A stretch of DNA of 64,000 nucleotides from Bacteroidaceae bacterium (GTDB lineage Bacteria > Bacteroidota > Bacteroidia > Bacteroidales > Bacteroidaceae): the NCBI GenBank assembly GCA_024398495.1, contig JAKSJA010000001.1:25897-89896 (forward strand), given 5' to 3'. This document shows positions 50,100-58,200 of this stretch, piece by piece. The notes under the pieces were generated by a model. It was not told where the DNA came from. It ran no database searches and worked only from the letters and a program-made list of their open reading frames with translations. A program made the translations under genes and the position numbers. Numbering within the stretch: position 1 is the stretch's first letter; every line of letters starts with the position of its first letter.

Positions 50100-51875
50100 A
50101 TGAAATTAAAATCTTTACTCGTAATTGCTGCTTTAGCGTTCTGTGGATACGTTAATGCAGAGACGTATTATGTCGTTCCGGGAGAGTTTGCTACTGGTAA
50201 CGATGGAAAAACATGGGCTACTGCCATAACTATTTGGGATATCTATGCTCATGAGGCTACAGAGAAAAAACCGGATGCTGGTACTACAGAGAACGTGAAG
50301 TTCTACAACGATGATGTATTCTTCTTTGCCGGTGGTACGTATTATCCTTCTCCAACTCCTGCTGGGGTGGCTCCACGTATCTATCGTGGCTTTGTGTTTG
50401 TTGGTGGCTGTGACCCTACGAAGGGTGAAATCAGTGATCCAAGTTGGAGACCTGCGTATCCATCTGCTACGCCGACAATATTTTCCGGTGACCTCGATGG
50501 TAATGAGATTGCAAGTCCTGGTGACTCTCGCAACCTGATGCACATGCGCCGCGGCTCTACACTGAATGAGAGCACTACGGCTGACGTGGGCGATGTATAT
50601 ACCGTTGTTCAGGCTGCAAAAGACGGTACGCTGAGACCTTTGCGTATCCATGGTTTCGAGTTCAAGTGCTGCTACAACGAGGAGGAGTTTCCATCAAGTG
50701 AATCTTCTTCTGATGCTGCTATATGGGGTGCTGTGGATTCTCAGCAGGGATGGATAGAACTGTACAATTGTAGTATTCATGACAATTATGCTGACAAGGC
50801 TGCCGGTCTTCATATCTACGGTTCTCTGTACAGGGTGGAAGATTGCCAGTTCTATAATAATATGGCTCGTCAGACAGGTGCTGCAATGCGTGTCAACGTG
50901 AATGCCAACACTCGTTATTCCCGTGGTGTGGTAGAGCGTTGTGCTTTCTATAACAATACTCTTACGGACCGTTACGGTGCTGCCATCGCTCTCACGGCAG
51001 GCGAGATGTATCTGGTGAACTCTACAGTATCTGGAAATACTTCTTTCTGCGAGGGTGCCGGTATCGTTGCAAACGGTGGCGCACATGCCGACCGTAAGCT
51101 GCATCTCATCAACTGCACTGTTGCTGGCAATGAATGTACTGCAGACCCTGCCGAACTTTATAAGACGGACCCTGAGACTGGTGCTGTCACTAACCCTGGT
51201 TCTTGGGTGGGCAGCGAACTGCGTCTTGCCAACGACCCTAACTGTGAGATATGGAACAGCATCATCGTGGGTAAGATGGACGACGGTACGGTGGCTTATG
51301 CTCCGTTTGTTATCAAGGATGAATTTAAGGAAGCAAGTATAAAGAGTCTCAAACTCTCATTCAGCATCATAGGTACTATGGAAGGTCTTCTTGAAGGTCA
51401 GAAGCCTTCTTTGGATCTTGATGAAATGAACTATCAGAACGAGGCCAACACATGGCTGGCTGTTTTCGCTGATGCAGTATTGCAGGACAATGGTGGCAAT
51501 ACGATGACAGTCATTCCAAGCAAGGCATATTTTGATGGACTCGCTGCTTCATCGATTTACTGGCCTCCATACGTAAACGATGCCACGAATCTTGCAACGG
51601 CTCTTACAATGGCTCCATTGTTTGCAACAACAGGCTTCGCTGTTCCTGATCTTACTGTTGACCAGAGAAAAGTTGCACGTAACACAGAGAGTGAAGCAGA
51701 CTATGCTCCGGGTGCATACGATTTCTATACTGCTTCTACAGGAATAGAAGGTATAAGCCTCTCCCCAGCCCTCTCCACAAGAGAGGGAGCTATATACAAC
51801 CTGCAGGGTGTGAAGGTCAACGGCAACTACAGGGGTATCGTTATCCGTGGGGATAAAAAATACGTAGTGAAATGA
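50100..51875 (+). CDS. T9SS-secreted right-handed beta-helix (pectin-lyase-like fold) protein
   Basis: Signal peptide; NDGKTWATA, TIFSGDLDGN, NSTVSGN, NCTVAGN, DQR...R...PGAYD; T9SS tail. Confidence 0.72.
   Translation: MKLKSLLVIAALAFCGYVNAETYYVVPGEFATGNDGKTWATAITIWDIYAHEATEKKPDAGTTENVKFYNDDVFFFAGGTYYPSPTPAGVAPRIYRGFVFVGGCDPTKGEISDPSWRPAYPSATPTIFSGDLDGNEIASPGDSRNLMHMRRGSTLNESTTADVGDVYTVVQAAKDGTLRPLRIHGFEFKCCYNEEEFPSSESSSDAAIWGAVDSQQGWIELYNCSIHDNYADKAAGLHIYGSLYRVEDCQFYNNMARQTGAAMRVNVNANTRYSRGVVERCAFYNNTLTDRYGAAIALTAGEMYLVNSTVSGNTSFCEGAGIVANGGAHADRKLHLINCTVAGNECTADPAELYKTDPETGAVTNPGSWVGSELRLANDPNCEIWNSIIVGKMDDGTVAYAPFVIKDEFKEASIKSLKLSFSIIGTMEGLLEGQKPSLDLDEMNYQNEANTWLAVFADAVLQDNGGNTMTVIPSKAYFDGLAASSIYWPPYVNDATNLATALTMAPLFATTGFAVPDLTVDQRKVARNTESEADYAPGAYDFYTASTGIEGISLSPALSTREGAIYNLQGVKVNGNYRGIVIRGDKKYVVK
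51754..51800 (+). repeat. 47-bp palindromic element, copy in T9SS tail 3
   Basis: Identical to 46358-46404. Confidence 0.9.
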
Positions 51876-54379
51876 AAAAATCTTTATTTATACTCTTGAC
51901 ATTTGTCGCAGTTTCGGCTGCGGCAAATGTTTCTTCATTGAAGGTGGGAACATACAATATCCGTTTTGCAGGTTCTTATGGTGATACTGGCTGGAAAGAC
52001 TGGAGTAGTAGAAAAACATACGTGGCACGGACGGTCACAACTTACGACTATGACATCATCGGTATGAATGAATGTCGTGGCGGAGTTCAGTTGACGGATC
52101 TGCAGACGATGCTCGGTGATACGTATGCCTTTGTACTGTACAACGACCAGCATGCCGTGCCGGGATATCCTGAAGGGTATGAACCGATATTGTATAAGAA
52201 GGATAAATTTTTATTGCTGGATTCCGGCTGCTTCTATCTGAATGCAGAGGACATAACGAAGCCCGGTATCTCTTGGGATAACAGTGCTGGAAACTACCGT
52301 CTCACTGCCTGGGCAAAACTGCAGGTGAAGGAGACGGGACAGATATTGTTCTATTTCCAGACTCATCTCGACCATCAGGGAGAGGATGCCAGAAATGAGC
52401 AGACTCGCATAAACATGGAACAGGTACGGCTGATTGCTGCAGGCTATCCGGCTATCCTGTGTGGTGATCATAATGCCTCAAAGGCACGCCCTCCGTTCTA
52501 CAATATGATGGCATCCTACATGGACGACTCACGTATGGTGGCAACGACAAAGATAAACATAGACAAAGGAGAAGGAACTCTGAACAAACATAAGGTGGAT
52601 GGGAGGGATTTCTGGGACCCTGCCTATAAGAGCGGTTCGCGGTTGGACTATATATGGATCCGCGGTATGAAGGCTTCTGAATATCGGCATATTGATGATA
52701 CTTTTGGAAATCAGGAGTGTCCTTCCGACCATATCGCCATTCAGGCTGTGGTCACTTTGGATGAACGGCCGAAAAGTCATGTGCTCTATGTGGATGCTCA
52801 GGCTGCCGATGGCGGTGACGGAACAAAGGCAAAACCTTACAGGGATTTGCAGACGGCTTTGGATTCATTGGCATGGGCTGGCGACACCATCATGGTAAAG
52901 GCCGGCAAGATGCCTGTCAGCGGCAAAGGAAAGAATGCAACAGTCAAGGTGTCAAAGACAGCGACTTTGATAGGTGGATATAATGATGATTTCTCTGAGG
53001 TCATCGGTATGACGGAACTGAATGGTGACGTGAATGGTGATGATAAATATGATAATTTCAACATTTCGAATACATCTGATAACCTGTACCGTATCGTAAC
53101 GGTGGCAAATACGTGTGCTTTGGAGATTGAGAACTTCAACATTCATGGTGCCAATGCTCCGCAGTCTCAGGGACAGGGTGGCGGTATCTACTGCCCTGGG
53201 TACAGACTGAAAGTGGAAAACTGTTGGATTCATGATAACGTGTCATATAGCAATGGTGCAGGGATATATGCCGGTGGGGCTCTGGATGTCATCAGATGCA
53301 AGATGAACAACAATGTGTCTCTCTATGGCAGCGGTGGTGCGTGCTATACTGTGACGTACTCTGGAGAACTGTACTGGAGAATGTCTGTCAGAGATAGTGA
53401 GTTCTACGGCAACAGAGGTACTATGGGGGGCGCTTATTACAATGGCGGTTTCTCATGGCTGAGCGTAGTGGGAAACTCGTTCTACAACAATAAATCGACA
53501 AATGCCGGTATCGCATACGCGGTGCGTACGGGTTATGACGGTAATCTGACTTTTGCCAACAACACCTTTGCCAACAATATCCTTGAGGCAACGACTGCAT
53601 CTGGTCTGAGCAGCAAACTGAAGGGGGGAAGTGCTATCATGGTAAAGATGAATGGTGCAAACAGCAAGGTGGCAATTGTGAACAACACGATAGTGGGCAA
53701 TAGTGCAAGTTGCCTTACTGCCGGAGCTCCGTCTGCGGATTTCTATGGTGCTGCCGTACAGACCATATCGGACTGCTCGATGCAGTTACGCAGTAATATC
53801 ATTGCAGGAAACAAGACTACTGCCACTACTGGTGCCGATGTAAATGTCTTGAAACCGGAAAATACGGCTTCAAACAAAAATGTCTTTACCTGTGCATCTG
53901 ACGTGAACTGTACTATGTCGGCGACAGACTGTTCCATGTCAACGAGAGAGGCTGGTATCAGCGCTCTTGCAAAGACTCTGGATGGAGAGGTGAAAGACGG
54001 CGATTTTATCGCACATGTAGAGTATGAACATATCTATCCTGTTGTAGCAGTTAAAGACCTCGCCTTCGGGATAAAGTATATCAATGACGTGAGGACAATA
54101 GATATGCAGGAGAGTGTGTTCTTGGGGGATGTCACATTCAATGCACAGATGAAAGAGTCATTGAAATATGACCAGAGATATGCTGAACGTAATCAGAACG
54201 ATATGGCTTGCCGTGGTGCATACGAATATGGCAGACCAGCTGGGATAGAGGATGTAAGCCTCTCCCCAGCCCTCTCCACAAGAGAGGGAGCTATATACAA
54301 CCTGCAGGGTGTGAAGGTCAGCAGTATTCAACATGGCCAACTGTATATCCGTGATGGAAAGAAATATATTATGAAATAG
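51872..54379 (+). CDS. T9SS-secreted EEP + beta-helix protein
   Basis: TYNIR, GMNE, QTH, GDHN, RLDYIW, SDH; YVDAQAADGGDGTKAKPY (DUF1565-like start); T9SS tail. Confidence 0.8.
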   Translation: MKKSLFILLTFVAVSAAANVSSLKVGTYNIRFAGSYGDTGWKDWSSRKTYVARTVTTYDYDIIGMNECRGGVQLTDLQTMLGDTYAFVLYNDQHAVPGYPEGYEPILYKKDKFLLLDSGCFYLNAEDITKPGISWDNSAGNYRLTAWAKLQVKETGQILFYFQTHLDHQGEDARNEQTRINMEQVRLIAAGYPAILCGDHNASKARPPFYNMMASYMDDSRMVATTKINIDKGEGTLNKHKVDGRDFWDPAYKSGSRLDYIWIRGMKASEYRHIDDTFGNQECPSDHIAIQAVVTLDERPKSHVLYVDAQAADGGDGTKAKPYRDLQTALDSLAWAGDTIMVKAGKMPVSGKGKNATVKVSKTATLIGGYNDDFSEVIGMTELNGDVNGDDKYDNFNISNTSDNLYRIVTVANTCALEIENFNIHGANAPQSQGQGGGIYCPGYRLKVENCWIHDNVSYSNGAGIYAGGALDVIRCKMNNNVSLYGSGGACYTVTYSGELYWRMSVRDSEFYGNRGTMGGAYYNGGFSWLSVVGNSFYNNKSTNAGIAYAVRTGYDGNLTFANNTFANNILEATTASGLSSKLKGGSAIMVKMNGANSKVAIVNNTIVGNSASCLTAGAPSADFYGAAVQTISDCSMQLRSNIIAGNKTTATTGADVNVLKPENTASNKNVFTCASDVNCTMSATDCSMSTREAGISALAKTLDGEVKDGDFIAHVEYEHIYPVVAVKDLAFGIKYINDVRTIDMQESVFLGDVTFNAQMKESLKYDQRYAERNQNDMACRGAYEYGRPAGIEDVSLSPALSTREGAIYNLQGVKVSSIQHGQLYIRDGKKYIMK
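54255..54301 (+). repeat. 47-bp palindromic element, copy in T9SS tail 4
   Basis: Identical to 46358-46404. Confidence 0.9.
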
Positions 54380-54417
54380 TATTTGAAAAATTTTAAGTTA
54401 ATGTAATTGTTTTCGGG

Positions 54418-54459
54418 ACTTCCGGTTGGTCAGTTGATTGATAGACCGGAAGTTTTTTT
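54418..54459 (+). terminator. Rho-independent terminator
   Basis: acttccggt...accggaagt stem followed by T run. Confidence 0.8.
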
Positions 54460-54553
54460 ATGTGCCTGAATGATGAGACAATTTGTTTTATTAAAATAAA
54501 ATAATTATATTTGCAAACCTTTTGAATGTGATCTTGATAATCTGAAAATAGTT

Positions 54554-55135
54554 ATGCAGTCGGAACACAGTGACAGGATTATGATTTGTCTGCTGAAGCA
54601 AGGGGACTACGAGGCTTTTGAATTGTTCTTCTCAAGGTATCGTTCCAAATACTACTATTTTATTTTGAAGCTTGTCAAAGATAATGATGTTGCACAAGAT
54701 ATCGTTCAGAATATTTTTATGAAACTATGGGTGAATAGGGAAAATCTGGATGAAAATCTTGCTCTTCCGGCATATCTGTATGTGATGGCAAAACATGAAA
54801 TATGTAACCATTTCAGAGCAATTAGAAACCATAAGACTTCTGCCATTGATGAGGGCTGTATGTCTTTGGTAACAAATCTTGCTACTCCGTACGAAGATTT
54901 GACGTTTGCAGAACTGTCGGAAAAGGTAAACAAACTCATAGATGCTCTTCCACCTAAGAGAAGACGGATTTTCAAGATGAGCCGCATTGAACACATAAAG
55001 GCGCAGGATATTGCCAATGAATTGGGTATTTCCGTGCGTACTGTGGAAAAACATCTGGAATTAGCTTTGCGGACATTGAGAGGAAAGATAAATACTCCTG
55101 TTCTGTTTCTGTTTTTTATTACGTATTACGAATAG
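54554..55135 (+). CDS. ECF sigma-70 factor (Bacteroides PUL-associated type)
   Basis: GDYEAFELFF, AQDIVQNIFMKLW, LPPKRRRIFKMSR, IANELGISVRTVEKHL; hydrophobic tail; TATATTTG promoter element at 54506. Confidence 0.92.
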   Translation: MQSEHSDRIMICLLKQGDYEAFELFFSRYRSKYYYFILKLVKDNDVAQDIVQNIFMKLWVNRENLDENLALPAYLYVMAKHEICNHFRAIRNHKTSAIDEGCMSLVTNLATPYEDLTFAELSEKVNKLIDALPPKRRRIFKMSRIEHIKAQDIANELGISVRTVEKHLELALRTLRGKINTPVLFLFFITYYE

Positions 55136-55203
55136 GTTTTTACGTGATTTCATATTTTGGGGTGTTCTTAAGATATAAGAACACAACCTAAAATTATTTA
55201 TTT

Positions 55204-58200
55204 ATGAAAAAGAAAATTTTTGCTTTAATGCTGTTTTTTGCAGTATTAGGTGTAGGTGTATATACTTATGCCGGTGACGATGTGTGGGATGGTTCTACGA
55301 TGTCCGAACCGCAGAAGAATTCTGAGGGGGCATATGTCATCACTAACGGTGCTGAACTGGCTTGGGTAGCAGATGAGTCTAACAAAGCTGTTTGCACATT
55401 CAAAGTCATCATCGATAACGATATAGACTTGGGCAATAAGCCTTGGACTCCTATTGGACAGAAACAGTATTTCAATGGCTCTATCGAGGGTAATGGACAT
55501 ACTGTCAAGGGATTGTTTATGTCCCCTGATGCAACTGCTACGTGTGTAGGGCTTGTTGGCAAAACAAACAGTGCTTCCGCGTACATAAAAAATCTTAGTA
55601 TTGAAGGTGTGATAAATGTCGCAGAGGTATATACTTCTTCTCAGTGTGATATAGGCTCTCTGATTGGTCTTGCCAATGCCATAGGGACAGTGGATAACTG
55701 CCACAGTAAGGTAAACATCAGTGTCACTGCAAATGGTAGGGCAGCGAACTATATGGGTGGTCTTATCGGTCGTGCTAAGGCTATGAAACTGTTGCGCAGT
55801 TCCTACGGTGGCGTCCTCTCGATAGGTAATGATGTTACCTTCAACAAAGGATGGGGTGGCATTGTGGGTACATTCAACTCTACTGTCGATGGTGCAACGA
55901 CCATGATGGACAACTGCTGGTTTGACGGCAAGATAAACAACAGTGCTGCGAAGGCTCCTTCGTATGGGGCTGCACTGGTAGGGTTCCCTGCTCTTACGAA
56001 AGGGGCATTCAGTATGCATAACTGTTATGCTGCGGGGGCGTTCAACACGAACAGTGACAAGGGAATCATATTCACTACATTCAATACGCCTACGATGAAT
56101 GTTGGCAATAACTATGCTGTGGATTATTCTATTGAAGATGCCAATGCCATCCATCTGACGAAGGAACAAGGCGAGAGTGGGGAACTGTGCTGGCGGCTGA
56201 ACGGTGACCAGACAAAACGTGTGTTCGGACAGGATCTGTCCGCTGACGCTCTGCCTTCTCTCATCGAAGATTCAAAGGCAGTGAACAGGATACTCTTCAA
56301 GTTTGAAACAGAAGGATATGACTCTCTGTATGTAAATGATGCTGTCGTTCTCCCTTCTGTGAATCCGACTAAGGAGGAATATACGTTCGTGGGATGGTAT
56401 GATGCTGAAACTGAAGGCAATGAGGTGAATGCTGGCAGCACGATAGAGAAGGATATGACTCTGTATGCTCGGTTCACTGAAAACCCTAAGGACATCTGGG
56501 ATGGTGTGACTCTTACAGCCATCACTCCTGACGAAACGGGTGTCTATCATGTCACTACCGGTGCGGAACTGGCATGGGTTGCTTCTGAATCCAACAAGGA
56601 CATCATCACATGGAACATCGTCCTTGACAACAGCATCTATCTCGGCAACCATGCATGGACTCCTATCGGTCAGGACAAGGCATTCAATGGTGTCTTCGAC
56701 GGACAGGGATATACCATCAACGACCTCTACATTGAGGCAACGAATGCCAAGACTTATTGGGGACTATTTGGTTTCACAAACACTTCTGCCGGCAATCCTG
56801 CTGCAATCATCAAGAACGTAAACATCAATGGTAACATGGACATCAAGTCTGGTTCTACTGGTAACAATGTCGGTACTCTCATTGGTTATTCCAACAATGG
56901 TATTCCTGAGTTTACCAACTGTCACAGTTCTGTCAACATCTCCATGAATGTTGAAACTGGTGCCAACTATCTCGGTGGTCTCATTGGTCTGATGAAGGCT
57001 GGCCACTTCACTTCCTGCTCATATTCAGGAACGATGACATTCGGTGCAGACGCAACCTTCAACAAGGGTTGGGGTGGTCTTGTGGGTTCTTACAATTCCA
57101 CTACATCAGGTCTCGAAGGTTCAATAAAGGACAGCTGGTTCGACGGTACGATAAAGAGTGCTGCAACTGCTGCTGCTACTTACGGTGCTTACCTCTGTGG
57201 ATATCCAAGTCTCAGCAAGGGTACTGTCACACTTACTGGTAACTACATCAATGGTTCAATAGAAATCACTGGCACGGCTCCTACCAACTATGGCAATATC
57301 TACGGTAAGAATAATACCAAGAGCCTTGTTATGAATAACAACTATGGTGTAGGTATCACTGGTGATGCGAATGTCATCACTGCCGACGAGACTCAACTGC
57401 ACAATGGTGAACTCTGCTGGTTGCTCAATGGTGACCAGACACAGATTGCTTTTGGTCAGACACTGAAAGATGCAGAATCTGTTCCTGTCGTTGCAACTGC
57501 TGGCAACAGAGTGTTCAAGGTAACATATATTGTTGAGGGATCTGAATATGAGGTGGCATATACCAATGGTAAGATTGTGCTGCCGAAGACAGACCCTGCA
57601 AAGGGCACGGATACATTTACAGGATGGTATGATGCTGTCAATGATGGTAAACAATATACTGCAGACAGCACGATAGATAAGGATATCACTCTGTATGCTC
57701 ATTTCTACAATAAGGAGAGCGACGGAAAGATACGTATTCTTGCCATAGGTAACAGTTTTACTGTTGATGCCGTGGAGGATTACCTTGCGCCGATTATTCA
57801 CAGCACGGGACAGGATGTTATAATAGGATACCCATATAAGGGTGGTACTACTTTGGAACAACACATGGGATATATAAATACGAATAATGCCATATACAAC
57901 TATAGGAAGATTGAAGCTGGGAAGGATACCTATGTGTCAAAGGGTACTACGATAATGAAGACTGCCATCGTGGATGAGCCGTGGGATTACGTCATCATCC
58001 AGACAGACCATAACTACAGTGGAGTTTATTCGCATTACTTCCCGTATCTTACAGACTTGATGACGTACGTGAAGAGCAATATTTCCAATCCTACTGCGAA
58101 GTTCATTCTGTATATGACATGGGCTTACGATGAGGGGTCTTCATATAGTGCTTTTTCTCTATATAACAATGACCAGATGACGATGTATAATGCCATAGTG

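Noticed and set aside
55246-56169. 307-aa antisense ORF and similar shadow ORFs (37633-38406, 43018-43620, 58927-59562)
   Set aside because: They lie wholly opposite well-supported genes and lack motifs; expected from codon bias.
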